NCBI GenBank assembly: GCA_048128005.1
Contig: JBEUKZ010000054.1
Span: forward strand, 496,001-560,000
Source of the DNA: Veleropilina oligotropha
Lineage: Eukaryota
Direction: 5' to 3'
Length of the DNA: 64,000 nt
Shown: positions 1 through 13,824 of the stretch, one piece after another
Numbering within the stretch: the stretch's first letter is position 1
Layout of the letters: each line of letters begins with the position of its first letter
Translations under genes and position numbers: made by a program
Notes under the pieces: generated by a model
The model's input: only the letters and a program-made list of their open reading frames with translations
Told to the model about the DNA's origin: nothing
The model's database searches: none

Positions 1-2160
1 GCTGAAAGAGGGAATAGATGGTGATGATGCTGAAAGAGGGAATAGATGGTGATGATGCTGAAAGAGGGAATAGATGGTGATGATGCTGAAAGAGGGAATA
101 GATGGTGATGATGCTGAAAGAGGGAATAGATGGTGATGATGCTGAAAGAGGGAATAGATGGTGATGATGCTGAAAGAGGGAATAGATGGTGATGATGATG
201 AAAGAGGGAATAGATGGTGATGATGCTGAAAGAGGGAATAGATGGTGATGATGCTGAAAGAGGGAATAGATGGTGATGATGCTGAAAGAGGGAATAGGTG
301 GTGATGATGCTGAAAGAGGGAATAGATGGTGATGATGCTGAAAGAGGGAATAGATGGTGATGATGCTGAAAGAGGGAATAGATGGTGATGATGCTGAAAG
401 AGGGAATAGATGGTGATGATGCTGAAAGGGAGAATAGATGCTGATGATGCTGAAAGAGGGAATAGATGGTGATGATGCTGAAAGAGGGAATAGATGCTGG
501 TGATGCTGAAAGAGAGAATAGATGGTGATGATGCTGAAAGAGGGAATAGATGGTGATGATGCTGAAAGAGGGAATAGATGGTGATGATGCTGAAAGAGGG
601 AATAGATGGTGATGATGCTGAAAGAGAGAATAGATGGTGATGATGCTGAAAGAGGGAATAGATGGTGATGATGCTGAAAGAGAGAATAGATGCTGGTGAT
701 GCTGAAAGAGGGAATAGATGGTGATGATGCTGAAAGAGAGAATAGATGCTGGTGATGCTGAAACAGGGAAAAGATGGTGATGATGCTGAAAGAGGGAATA
801 GATGGTGATGATGCTGAAAGAGAGAATAGAGGCTGATGATGCTGAAAGAGGGAATAGATGGTGATGATCCTGAAAGAGGGAATAGATGGTGATGATGATG
901 AAAGAGTGAATAGATGCTGATGATGCTGAAAGAGGGAATAGATGGTGATGATGCTGAAAGAGGGAATAGATAGTGATGATGCTGAAAGAGAGAATAGATG
1001 GTGATGCTGAAAGAGGGAATAGATGGTGATGATGCTGAAAGAGGGAATAGATGGTGATGATAATAATAATGTGAAGATTTATCTGCGCTTTCCCACACAT
1101 ATGAAATGCATGCTCAAAGCGCTTACATTATTATTCCCCTGGTTATTGGCCTGTTCATTCAATATTCCTTCTCAACTCTCTCTGAGAGTATTACGGTCAA
1201 GTACATGCCTGTTAGGCGCTTGACCAGTCATTCTGACATATTCTGCCACTGCCAACCAGGTACCCATTTAGATCTGAGATCGGCTGGGCGATGCTGAAAG
1301 ATCGGCTGGGTGATGCTGAAAGAGGGAATAGATGGTGATGATGCTGAAAGAGGGAATAGATGGTGATGATGCTGAAAGAGAGAATATATGGTGATGATGC
1401 TGAAAGAGGGAATAGATAGTGATGATGCTGAAAGAGGGAATAGATGGTGATGATGCTGACAGAGGGAATAGATGGTGATGATGCTGAAAGAGGGAATAGA
1501 TGGTGATGATGATGAAAGAGGGAATAGATGGTGATGATGCTGAAAGAGGGAATAGATGCTGATGATGCTGAAAGAGGGAATAGATGGTGATGATGATGAA
1601 AGAGTGAATAGATGCTGATGATGCTGAAAGAGAGAATAGATGGTGATGATGCTGAAAGAGAGAATATATGGTGATGATGCTGAAAGAGGGAATAGATAGT
1701 GATGATGCTGAAAGAGAGAATAGATGGTGATGATGCTGACAGAGGGAACAGATGGTGGTGATGCTGAAAGAGAGAATAGATGGTGATGATGCTGAAAGAG
1801 GGAATAGATGGTGATGATGCTGAAAGAGAGAATAGATGGTGATGATGCTGAAAGAGGGAATAGATGGTGATGATGCTGACAGAGGGAACAGATGGTGGTG
1901 ATGATGCTGAAAGAGGGAATAGATGGTGATGATGATGAAAGAGGGAATAGATGGTGATGATGCTGAAAGAGGGAATAGATGGTGATGATGCTGACAGAGG
2001 GAACAGATGGTGGTGATGATGCTGAAAGAGGGAATAGATGGTGATGATGATGAAAGAGGGAATAGATGGTGATGATGCTGAAAGAGAGAATAGGTGGTGA
2101 TGATGCTGATGATGCTGAAAGAGTGAACAGCTGGTGAAGATTCTGAGAGAGGGAATAGAT
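1..2160. repeat. 28-bp minisatellite (GCTGAAAGAGGGAATAGATGGTGATGAT)n in an IQCH intron, interrupted by ~250 bp of unique sequence at ~1060-1310
   Basis: 28-bp period read directly; the His/Ser-rich minus-strand ORFs are translations of this repeat. Confidence 0.97.
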
Positions 2161-2568
2161 GCGTTAATGTCGGAATCAAACAGACGCCATCCACTCCATG
2201 TGGCTGATGATGCTGAAAAAGAATCATGGCTGCATAGCAGCAAGAGCGCCACATGGCATTAAACGTGGTAATAATTATACTCATAGGATACCATAAAGAA
2301 TATATCTCTAATGCTCCATAGTGGTTACATATACATGACGTCATGGCTTAACGGTTTCTTCAGAATATTATAATTCTATTTTAATATTTTATCCATATTA
2401 TCATGAAAGGAAGGATCGGTTAATCCGGTGAAATGAACACGCCCCGACTTGAACCACATACGCAGTCTGTAAGACTTATTTGAGAGCAGCACTCTTACTC
2501 TCTTGGTCACTGCGAGCATTAAACTACGTCTGTGATAAAATCCAAGGACTCATCTATTTTCCACGTCC

Positions 2569-3060
2569 ATCACTTGGTTTACTCAGCTGATCTGAATGGG
2601 ACTTGGTTGATCACTTGGTCTACTCAGCTGATCTGAATGGGACTTGGTTGATCACTTGGTCTACTCAGCTGATCTGAATGGGACTTGGTTGATCACTTGG
2701 GAAACTCAGCTGATCTGAATGGGACTTGGTTGATCACTTGGTCTACTCAGCTGATCTGAATGGGACTTGGTTGATCACTTGGGAAACTCAGCTGATCTGA
2801 ATGGGACTTGGTTGATCACTTGGGTTACTCAGCTGATCTGAATGGGACTTGGTTGATCACTTGGTCTACTCAGCTGATCTGAATGGGACTTGGTTGATCA
2901 CTTGGTCTACTCAGCTGATCTGAATGGGACTTGGTTGATCACTTGGGTTACTCAGCTGATCTGAATGGGACTTGGTTGATCACTTGGGTTACTCAGCTGA
3001 TCTGAATGGGACTTGGTTGATCACTTGGGTTACTCAGCTGATCTGAATGGGACTTGGTTG
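2569..3060. repeat. 41-bp tandem repeat, ~12 copies
   Basis: unit ATCACTTGGTCTACTCAGCTGATCTGAATGGGACTTGGTTG. Confidence 0.95.
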
Positions 3061-3282
3061 TCAGTATGTCAGTCATAGTCTTCTATGTAGGTATTGAATG
3101 CAAGGGGGATAATTGTGGTAGTGTAAGCATGGAACACGGAAAAATACTCTAATCCCACACATTTATAACCCAGATTCGATTAGGTTTTTCCTTGCTGTTG
3201 GTGTCTTTAGAGAGATTCAAGGTGCCCAGAGCCATAATTGACACTGAATAATTGACAAGTTTAAGTATCCACTCATACCAAC

Positions 3283-3416
3283 CTGCCCCAACTCAAGCAA
3301 TAATGCTGCTTAAAGACGGCAAATTCATTTGACTGTTCCCGAACTCGACCATGTTGGATAGCAAATCTGTGATTGGTTGTCTTGACGTCACCACTTGCTG
3401 GGGTGGTAGGGGGTGG
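3283..3416 (-). CDS. IQCH: IQCH exon 9 (PPPTTPASGD...KQHYCLSWG)
   Basis: ttccacag acceptor; donor GT at 3282, with an alternative donor that would end the exon at 3279. Confidence 0.75.
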
Positions 3417-6400
3417 CTGTGGAACAAATAAGATGCATTTAGAATAATAAACAAACATTATTTTTTACCTATCAAAAGATAAGGGTGAAAGAGAGCAATG
3501 TATAAAGAAACCATTCTGCTTGTAGGATATCTGTATAGACAAGATAGCATGGTGAAAAGTGTTCAAAATTTGGAAATTCTAAATTCTCAATAATATCACT
3601 TTTAACGGAATAAACAACAATTTAACACTATATAGGTATCTACTGAATATAACAGATGTCTACTCTAACTGAATCACAATATTTTTTATTTCAGTAAAAA
3701 ATATATTTCATGAAAACTAAGTGTGGCATACTTACTAGTGGATGAAGAGGCATCTCAAAGTTCCTGATCCCAGGCGATGTTCTGTGGACCGGTGCCGTCG
3801 CTGATGATGCCCGGGACTTTCCAGAAGGTGTCCACTGTTCCGGAGATTTGGACAGAGTCGGAGGAATCACCGGAATATTGGACAGAGAGTCAGATCTACT
3901 CGAGCCATGAAACTTTGTCCGTAAATCAAGCTTCAGGTTTGCAATGTTGTATCCGGTATCTGAAAATTAACCTCAATTTTATACGCAACTATAACCGAAA
4001 ATAAACAGCTAAAACGCATGTACAAGAATAATAAGATAATACGTAAAAACACATCTGAATGTATCTTTGGAACACAAACGTCACTGAGTGTTTAAGAAGC
4101 TGGACTACCAGTGTTCTAATTATTTAAGCATGAGGAATTTTTAAAGTCATCCATTACACACAACATCCTCACCAACAGAAGAAGCTTTTCTTATCTGATG
4201 ATTTCATAATGATAATATTTCTTTTCATGTTTATTTTATGATAATTATTAACCATTTTTCAGTCATAACTTCTGGTTTTAGATCTCTTTATGGTGAGGAG
4301 GAGGAATTATGCTTAATGTCCTGTATATTTATAACATCGAGGTTCAAGGCAGGACATGTCCGTGTTACCGCGGGAGGAAACCCCGGTCGCCGGGTAAACC
4401 CGCCCTCTTAGGCCAGTCACGGACAACTGTGCTTCATAACTTGAACAAATGTGTGCTGCCTCAGCTGGGGGTCGATCCCACTACTGTTCGCGTCAGCGGA
4501 AACAAGCCAGTGAATTTAGAGTGGACACTCTGCCCACTGCGCTACCGAAGCGGCCTCTTTATGGTGAGCTTGACATATTCACATAACAGCTCAAGAGGAA
4601 CTGACAATCATTATAATGACTCAGCCACAGTTGTAGCTAGATACATTTACTAATACATACATTTATAACGCTGGAAGTATTAATTACCACTAGCCGGTGG
4701 CGGCGGATGCATTCTCATGGCCTCTTTCTCCTGGGGATCGTGCAGTGCTGCCATCTTGTGTCTGACGGGTGCGGGGTCAAGGGTGAGTTGGGCGGCAGGG
4801 GGGATGAGCCCCCTCTCAATCAGGCTCAGGATTCCCTTCCTGGCGTCCTCTTCTGTGATTCGTGGTGGCGCCAACTGCACGAACACGAAAATATTTAATG
4901 TTCATCAGGATAATGACATTAAGTTCTTCGCACACGTAGTAACAGTTCAATATTAGAAGGTTTTAAATCTTATCATGTTTTAGTGTTCTAATGTGCCAGA
5001 ATCTCGGATAAACGACTCTGTTCAAAGGATGGGTAAAATGTATTTAATGTAAATGGAAATTTATCATATACAGTGGATTCCGCTTATTTGCATAGCGAGA
5101 TTGTCTCGATTATTTATGCTAATAAGCGGATTATGCGTTTAACCGTTACGTAAATTTCGGTAAGTTTTTCGCCGGAAATCTCACCCATGATAATTAGCCT
5201 ACTTGTATTTAAATGGTTCTTTATTATTACAAATATGTACTGGTAATAAATTTATTTGCAAAGGAGTATTTGCGTAATGTATTTTTCTTTCCATGAATAC
5301 GGATTGTATACACAATATTTTGTGGTTATTCTGACCTGTTTCATTAGAATTGAAATATAGTTTACTAGGGTGTGGAAATTCATATTCTGAATGTTTCTCT
5401 TCTGCTGAACACGTGTCGCGTTATCGGCCGCCATGTTGAAAATTCATCCCTATGTTTTAATCTCGAATCGATTTGTTTTTACAATTATTGTATAATTATT
5501 TCTAGCGATATTTAATTAGTCCAGTATATTATGATCTGATATAAAAAAACTTATAAGACGTTGTCTTCATATATAAATTAAAATAATAATTAAATCACCG
5601 TAGTTCTCAACGGCGATGCTAAGAAACAAAATCAGGGGAGATAATTTTTAATTTTGTTACAAAAGAAACGTTGTGCTGTTGTTGTCTTATAATTATGTTA
5701 TTTATCGACGAACTAAGTGATGTTCACATGAATACATGTAACGGCACCTTTTACATTGATTCGTAAGCCTAATCTTTGATTTTGCGTTCAGATAAACCCT
5801 AAAGTCTGTCATTTGGACTTTGACAATAAGATTTTAATCCGATTATCGATCGATGTCTGCCATCCCATAATATCCCCGATTGACATCGTTCATTTCCGTA
5901 ACATTTCTACACTGAAACGATGTTTATCGAACTTTCAGTTCCGACTTTTTCCGGAAGTAAAAATTATTTTGAAACCCACGAGGTTGAAAAAATGGTTAAA
6001 CTTCGAATGTTACTGTTGAATAAACATCTAAATTTACGATGGCGTAGCAAGACATACCGGCAAATACGCAAGTATTTTGATCAATTTAATGATGTTAATA
6101 ACAATTATGTATTGTGCAGTCGAAAATTTCTTATGCAAATAAGCGAAAATCCGGTAATTATGCATGCAATTAAGCGATTATTTGCATATGATAATAATAG
6201 TAAACTATTCTGTTCCTGCAGATTTTATGCAAATATCCGAAATATGCAATTAAGAGTTATGCAATTAAGTGGAATCCACTGTATATATATATATATATAC
6301 TGTAATATTATTTAAAATGTCAATATATGCATGCAAACTATTTTTTTACTAGGAATTATACAAATGAATATGAAAGGAAATATCCATATACCCACAGTCG

Positions 6401-9400
6401 AAAAATGATATCACATGTACATATATCACCTTGTTGCTTTGAAGTGAACAGTTGAATATTTCATAACATACATTGAAACAGTTATTATAATTGCGCTAGA
6501 TTTGATTAAAATTCAAAAATTATGCATATCATATTATGAATAAGCTTAGGTTAGAAAAGAGCTTGATCTATTGTGTACCATCAAAGTGAATGCATTACCT
6601 GCGCGTCAACACGATTAGCCTTCGGCAAGACCGCCAGGTGATCCACGTTGCTACCTGTAATGACCTTGACTGGTGCCTGCAATAAAACTCAATCAATTAA
6701 TGCATAAAATAAAAATATTAATTTATTACTATACTGTCCGATAACAATCACACACCTATTTGAATGTAAAATACAGTGCATGTCGTCCACCAGATTCCTT
6801 TGTTTACCCTCGTCTCTTTCTTGACGGGGATCAGGGGAAGCTGGATCCCGTAGTTGTCGCTCAGAACTTGGCGGTTCTGCAAACTGTACGGGTTGGACAC
6901 AGCTTTTAAGTTTTGGACACTTTTCATCTGAAAATGCAAAACAAAACATAAATATATAAATTATATTATTTGTGGTACATCTTAAAATGTATTCATAACA
7001 GCTAGTCTCTTAATTATAATAATTTTAATTAATGATAAATAGAATTGATAACTTCATATTTGGCCATTCACTTCATACAGTTAATTCAGCAATGAAAATT
7101 TGAGTGGTCAAGTGGAAACGTGACCCAAAACAAATAGATCCTACAATGATGAAATATGAATAATATGCTACGTTGACCAAAAACGAAATACAGTGCCCCA
7201 CCATATATTATGTTTACAGTGCCCTAATGCAATGACTTCATATATCAATTCCCCAACCTGCTTCCAGTGTTTTCTAAGTCAATCAAGATATCACTTTAGT
7301 GTAATCGCTGACCGCATACGACTGATCATCGAGATTTACCTGTTGTCCGGGGGTGAGGCCTGCCAGCTGCACCGGTTGTCTCTGGGGGAGCTGGAACCCC
7401 CCGGGCTGGCCCATGTAATCGCTGCAAAAAAACATGTAGTGAATAACGTAATATAACAAACATCGATTAATAGAACAATTTGTTGTTGAAATTTCACATA
7501 TTGAAACATCATCACAACAGAATTATTATTACATGATATACTGTCAAATCATTAATTCTAATTATTTATTCTAATTATCTGCTAGTATTTCATTATTTTA
7601 TTTTATTTCTTGTTAATGTCCTACCCTTGAGTTTGGTATGACACCCTGCCGGAGCCCTGCAGGGCGTAGGTGTTCTCCATGGTGATGGCGGCCTCATTTC
7701 GGCTGCGCTTATGGACATCAACCAACGCAATTGTGCTCACCCGGTTGTTCAGTTGGTTCAGCACATTCTCAGTTTTCAGCTAAATAGAAGTTACAAATAT
7801 ATTACCTCCATGTAAATACCATCTAATTAATCACATCAAACATTCTCCAAGCATGAAAAATATGCTACCACAAAAAAACAGACGTTATGCATCTATGATA
7901 CATATAATTTCATATTTCAGAATTTTCTTAATACCGGTATACAAATTAAAATAATAATAATATACATTTTACCTTCATATCTTAACTGACCCTACCTGCA
8001 GTCCCTGTTCTGTCTTGATGATTGCGTTCTCGAGTTCCTCCAAGTCCACCGTATTCCCCTCCCGCTGAGCGAGCAGCTTCTGCTTCAACTGTTGTATGTC
8101 CTCCTGGACCTGAAACATCGGACTCAGGTATAACACTCGGGGCACTAGTTCCAATGGTTTGGTTTCCAGTTTAATGTTCCATTTCAAAAGGGTTTTTATT
8201 AAACTCTGCAGCATCATACCGAGACATGACGGCCATATTATTGTGAGAGGAAAACCTTAACGCCAGACAAAACCAGCTTAAGCTTGCTGCGGCCATTTAG
8301 GAACTGCTGCTGTGACTATCGGCACAGAGATATATATCTTCAACTGCTGCTGTGACTATCGGCTCAGAGATATATATCGTCCACTAGTTTCAGAACTTCA
8401 CAAGCGCATTCAGTCTTAATTTATGAGTAAATTGACCTGTCTCATACTGAAATGGTATTAGCAAACAAGTTTGGACAAAAGAACGAACAGATAAATGTAG
8501 GCGTATGCAAGCACTGTGGTCATGCACAGATTAAAGATTAATGAAACATTAATACATTTGTTGTTATGCACGTAAGTGATGAATATTAAATGCGTGCAGT
8601 GACATCGGGTCGGCGTATAACAATATTTGCATGTATGTACCATGTCTTCTCCAGAAACAATGTTAACGTCAGTGATACACTGTAAATAGTCCGAGCTCAA
8701 AGGACAAAGGTACATGTATGTATGCTAATTCAATAAAAGAAAACAAAATATGTGTTTTTTCTACACTAATAAATATAATTGTCTACATTAAATATTTAAC
8801 AGCAAGAAGCAATCTTATCAATCAATCAATTATTAATGTTCTGTAATCAGCGTATACTACTGTTGTATTGAGATCAGATCAACCCGGAAGTCGTGTGGCA
8901 TCTATTTATAATGAGATCAACGCAAGCATATATTATAATACCCATTTAATATATACTGGACTACAGCGCTATGATGAACTTAAACATGATCAAGTGACAT
9001 ATTTTTATTTTATAATATTTCCCATACATAAAAGCACCTGTATATCACATGCAGCAAACCATGACCGATTTGAAATGATATCTGCAATTGTTCTGTTTCA
9101 CACCTGAGGTTATGGGCCTTGTTTATACATTCTACCGACAAGTGCAGTAGGCACAAGTGAATTGCGATAGTTGCTCAAACCACATGTGAGAACCTCTCCA
9201 CGGTGCGAGCACCCTAAATTAAATCATTAATGAATGTTACGTTGGATTTTCAAAATAGTTACCGCTACCACGTTGATTTGAAATGAAATCATCGGCTGCA
9301 CGTCTTGATACGTTCTTGAATATCTCATTTAAACAAACATAGAATACTAGAAAAAATTTCATTTCGCTCAAATAACCACTAAAAGAGATAGCCTTTGTGT

Positions 9401-12400
9401 GCACCTATGTAAAATACTGCTCCACATACCGGTAAAAGCATTACCTAATTTCGATTGAAGTATTCACCCAACTAGCGGCACTCCGGCTGTGCTGTATGCA
9501 ATTCACAAATGTAGGATTTAATTACACGCTTCATCACAAAAACCATTCAGATCCATTTTAATCGTCCAGTTTATTTGTAGTCAAAAAGCAAACTATTCAG
9601 ATTGACTTGATAAATCACAATGCAGTTAATGGGCTGCGACATCAGTCTAGGGGGTAAAATCAGTGAGTCAACAAATTCTGGTTATTCACTTTTAGTTGTC
9701 TGAAAGCATGCAATTAGTGAAACTAGTCTATCATTTCGTAAAGATAATTATTATGTGATTGCCAAGCATAATAAATAATGTGATTGACAAGTGTAATAAA
9801 TAATGTGCTAAAATTCGCCAACTGAGGACAATTAAGGCGAATAAACGAGATTTCACAAATATGAAAAAAATTTCATGTTTGCTGCATACAATCATATTTG
9901 TTATGAGTCTTTGCTATTTAGCCAATAATCATTAAAAATTATGGCTTCATATGTGACTGTCTGTCTGTCTGTTTGCACAGCCGTTACGTAGGAACTGCTG
10001 CGACCTTGGTTGCGCCACTTTTTCGTCCACATTTTAGGTAAATCAGCAGTTGTTATGTCATGGTGTTGTCACTATCAGTCGTTGTACAATTTTCATTTTG
10101 GTCGCACCACTTTGAAATTGCTTCCTACTGCCCTGGTATCATGTATGTTTGTTTGTCCACGAGCATATCTCCAAAAACTATTGATCCGATGTACTCAAAA
10201 TGTTTACACAAGATGGGCTGTACACCTGGCCGGTCCATCTATGAGATGATCAGATCCATGGGCTGTACACCGCCGGTCCATCTATGAGATGATCAGATCC
10301 ATGGGCTGTACCCCTTGCCGGTCCTATGAGATGATCAGATCCATGAGCTGTACACCTGGCCAGTCCTATGATATGATCAGATCCATGGGCTGTACACCTG
10401 GCCAGTCCTATGAGATGATCAGATCCATGGGCTGTACACCTGGCCGGTCCTTCTATGAGATGATCAGATCCAAGGGCTGTACCCCTTGCCGGTCCTATGA
10501 GATGATCAGATCCATGAGCTGTACACCTGGCCAGTCCTATGATATGATCAGATCCATGGGCTGTACACCTGGCCAGTCCTATGAGATGATCAGATCCATG
10601 GGCTGTACACCTGGCCGGTCCTTCTATGAGACGATCAGATCCATGACCTGTACACCTGGCCGGTCCTATGAGATGATCAGATCCATGGGCTGTACACCTG
10701 GCCGGTCCTATGAGATCATCAGATCCATGGGCTGTACACCTGGCCGGTCCTTCTATGATATGATCAGATCCATGGGCTGTACACCTGGCCGGTCCTTCTA
10801 TGATATGATCAGATCCATGGGCTGTACACCTGGCCGGTCCTTCTATGAGATGATCAGATCCATGGGCTGTACACCGCCGGTCCTCCTATGAGATGATCAG
10901 ATCCATGGGATGTACCCCTGGCCGGTCCTTCTATGAGATGATCAGATCCATGGGCTGTACACCTGGCCGGTCCTATGAGATGATCAGATCCATGGGCTGT
11001 ACACCTGGCCGGTCCTATGAGATGATCAGATCCATCTGGATCCTTCTATGAAATGATCAGATCCATGGGACGTACACCTGGCCGGTCCTATGAGACGATC
11101 AGATCCATCTGGATCCTCCTATGAGACGATCAGATCCATGGGACGTACACCTGGCCGGTCCTATGAGACGATCAGATCCATCTGGATCCTCCTATGAAAT
11201 GATCAGATCCATGGGCTGTACACCTGGCCGGTCCTTCTATGAGATGATCAGATCCATGGGACGTGCCCCTGGCCGGTCCTTCTATGAGATGATCAGATCC
11301 ATGGGCTGTACACCTGGCCGGTCCTTCTATGAGATGATCAGATCCATCTGGATCCTCCTATGACATGATCAGATCCATGGGCTGTACACCTTGCCGGTCC
11401 TATGAGATGATCAGATCCATGGGCTGTACACCTGGCCGGTCCTATGAGATGATCAGATCCATGGGCTGTACACCTGGCCGGTCCTATGAGATGATCAGAT
11501 GATCAGATGTACCCCTGGCCGATCCTTCTACGAGACGATCAGATCCATGGAACATACACCTAGCCGGTCATTCTATGAGATGATCTGTACCACTGGCCGG
11601 TCCTTCTATGAGATGATCAGATTCATGGGCTGTACACCTGGCCGGTCCTTCTATGAGATGATCAGATTCATGGGCTGTACACTTGGCCGATCGGATAAAA
11701 CTCTTCATCATCAGCAAGACATGAGGTACGTCCTGAATGAGTCGAGATTCTAATCAATGAGGGTCCGAATCACGCAGAATCCGGATTAGCCGGTATTCAT
11801 TTATAGTTACTGTAGTCGTAGGCCGACTGATGTTCTGATGCGTGATTCTAATTATAGAATCAATGTCGCTCGCATATATAAATATTATATGTATGCATAA
11901 TGTACATCATGTATATGTATTTATCATAATTATATAAATGCATTGTAATATAATATGCTATTGATAACCTTCAAATGTTCGTTTTGTTCGCCGTTTTGTA
12001 GTCTGATTTACTGTTCGCAAAAGAGTTCACTCCGGAGTCCATTACACTAAGCAGGGACTACTATTAGAGGGACTGGAAGCTCTGACCAATTAGACCAATT
12101 GCCGTAATAATGTGATACTTGCTATTGTTCTCGTGTTTACCGCACTGCACATGTGCGTAGTGAGTTTCGGCTTTCAAGTTTGTGACAAAAATATTTTTCC
12201 CCCAATTAGGATCAATGCGGCTGATTATAACGGTTTTACTTCACAAAATATCTATTAAACACAAATTTGATTAACACAACAGATGATAACGAATTTATTC
12301 TTTGAATTTATTAGAATTTGGACAGCATTAATACTTTTAATGATATAAGCACATGCACACAACCTATAAAATATTATAATATTCATTTATGACTATATGT

Positions 12401-13824
12401 AAGATGTCTGACAAATAGTAGCGAATATATTATATGGGATTCAATTAGAGGTTATCAATTGTTGCTTTGCTTATTAGGCTGCAGGCGAACTCTCGCCTTT
12501 TAATGCGAGTATGTGATTTCAGCGCGATCTTTGGAGTAGCCAGTCAATGTGCGTCGTGACCGGGGGGTGTAAGGGGGGTATTTACCCACTGAAAATTTTG
12601 GTTAGAAGTGCCCTCGCAAAATGCTGAATACAGAAGGCGGATTGACTAACATTGTTGATTAACTTCTCTGGCTTTTCCGATTGTATAACACAAACCGAGT
12701 GATATAACAGACTTAAACCATTGCAAAAGTGTAAAATAATTTAAAATATGTGATTTTAATAACCTAATACACCCATTTTAAGTACAAGAAAGTAGTCCCC
12801 CGTGGTCTAACTGACAATATGGCAAGTTAGACCACGGGCCAAGACAATAGAACGACGTCATAAAAATGGTTTAAATATATATATATATATGTTCTTTCTG
12901 TCATGTCCCCTTTCCTCATTTACTTGTCATTGTTTATATAGAAGTTTTACGACTGCTTCCAGTTTTAGCAGGCATGTCTCCCTCCCCTTGATACCGGCTT
13001 AGGTCCATTTAGGTGCCCAAAACCCTGGTTTAGTGAATTCAACCTCCTGTTTCAGGCAGCGAAAGGGTTCATAGTTTTATGGCCAGAAAAAGATAGAGGG
13101 GGGCTCTTTCGTCCATTTCTCCTTTCTACATTACACACACTTAGGACAGTCTACAGTGGATGCAGACAGAGTTTACTCTCCACATATACCCAAATTACAA
13201 AAAATTAAAAGTTGCTCTTCGAAGTTTCCTTACGTGTTGCTTCTGTTAATCATGCAAGGTTCAAGATATCGCCTTCATGGCGATGAAAACAGTGGAAAGC
13301 ATTAGGAATTTTTGCAGACGGGTGTAATGTCAGAAGGAACATCGATAGTTTCGATTCGGATACAACGGATAATGTGAATCACACGTTGAGTAGAAGTTTC
13401 TCATGCCGGGTGGATATATAAGAGCGTCAGTTGTCAATTCACCCACAAGACTACTTTGTATAATAAGAGTGGGTTCGAATGCTTGGATAGGCACTTTGTT
13501 GAATTAACAGAAACAGTTGTCCATAACTAGTCGGCGAGGGCAGAATGCCAGATTCTCCCCGGTAATCGGGCTTTGCTCTCGTGATACTATGATGCTTCTA
13601 TGATGCTATATCTATGATGCTATATCTATGTGCAAATATATATACAAATCGATATAAATGTATAAATAATATGGGTCCTAGATATGTACATAGCATTGTC
13701 CTGTTGTCCCGACCTGATTATAATGGCCCGGGGTCGTTCAACTCGTTGGACAACTTAGCAAGATAGCACGAACCTTCACCAATATTTCCCCAACATCTTC
13801 AGGACGTGTTTCTACTTCCATCAT
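3283..13824 (-). CDS. IQCH: IQ motif-containing protein H (IQCH) homologue, 5' part; exons 13824-13774, 8109-7996, 7779-7625, 7421-7340, 6927-6808, 6676-6599, 4874-4688, 3959-3736, 3416-3283; continues beyond the left edge
   Basis: GT-AG exons join in one frame: MMEVETRPEDVGEILVK|VQEDIQQLKQKL...LENAIIKTEQGLQ ... GSNVDHLAVLP ... [22 protein letters not shown] ... FAVFKQHYCLSWG, matching recalled human IQCH ([43 protein letters not shown]). Confidence 0.9.
3736..3959 (-). CDS. IQCH: IQCH exon 8
   Basis: ttttcag acceptor, gtaagt donor, open in the expected phase. Confidence 0.8.
4298..4555 (-). mobile_element. tRNA-derived SINE, full length with 13-14 bp TSD
   Basis: box A GGTAGCGCAGTGG, box B-like GGGATCGACCCC, short CCT tail; flanking direct repeat (C)TCTTTATGGTGAG at 4284-4297 and 4555-4568; homologous copy at 19457. 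Confidence 0.85.
4688..4874 (-). CDS. IQCH: IQCH exon 7 ([21 protein letters not shown])
   Basis: most conserved IQCH N-terminal motif; gtgcag acceptor, gtaatt donor. Confidence 0.9.
5071..6281. mobile_element. non-autonomous Tc1/mariner-pogo-like DNA transposon (MITE)
   Basis: 24-bp TIRs CAGTGGATTCC(G/A)CTTA(T/A)TTGCATA, TA at both flanks, no transposase ORF. Confidence 0.85.
6599..6676 (-). CDS. IQCH: IQCH exon 6 (APVKVITGSNVDHLAVLPKANRVDAQ)
   Basis: ttgcag acceptor, gtaatg donor, phase 0-0. Confidence 0.85.
6808..6927 (-). CDS. IQCH: IQCH exon 5
   Basis: ttttcag acceptor, gtaaac donor, 40 open codons. Confidence 0.8.
7340..7421 (-). CDS. IQCH: IQCH exon 4
   Basis: tttttgcag acceptor, gtaaat donor, phase 2-0 fits neighbours. 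Confidence 0.8.
7625..7779 (-). CDS. IQCH: IQCH exon 3 (LKTENVLNQLNNRV...)
   Basis: atttag acceptor, gtagga donor, phase 0-2. Confidence 0.8.
7996..8109 (-). CDS. IQCH: IQCH exon 2 (VQEDIQQLKQK...KTEQGLQ)
   Basis: tttcag acceptor, gtaggg donor; similar to human [12 protein letters not shown]...LETAIKRTEVGLR. Confidence 0.9.
10205..11690. repeat. 45-48 bp tandem array (ATGAGATGATCAGATCCATGGGCTGTACACCTGGCCGGTCCT[TCT]), probably internal to a Helentron-like HINE (~10130-11855)
   Basis: periodicity seen directly; preceded by a TGTT/TGTC microsatellite-like head. Confidence 0.9.
13774..13824 (-). CDS. IQCH: IQCH exon 1 (MMEVETRPEDVGEILVK)
   Basis: ATG plus 16 codons, AAG|gttcgt donor; similar to human ...DPVGSILIQ. 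Confidence 0.85.

Noticed and set aside
1212..2344. 346-aa and 358-aa poly-His/Ser ORFs
   Set aside because: Translations of the 28-bp minisatellite
4480..4555. tRNA gene
   Set aside because: A/B boxes belong to a SINE head with body, tail and TSD; no full cloverleaf
5920..6315. 131-aa ORF in the MITE as a transposase
   Set aside because: No DDE or HTH motifs; runs through the TIR
10289..11753. MIRSMGCTPGRS repeat-protein ORFs
   Set aside because: Satellite units of 45/48 bp stay in frame by chance; antisense within an IQCH intron and interrupted by frameshifts
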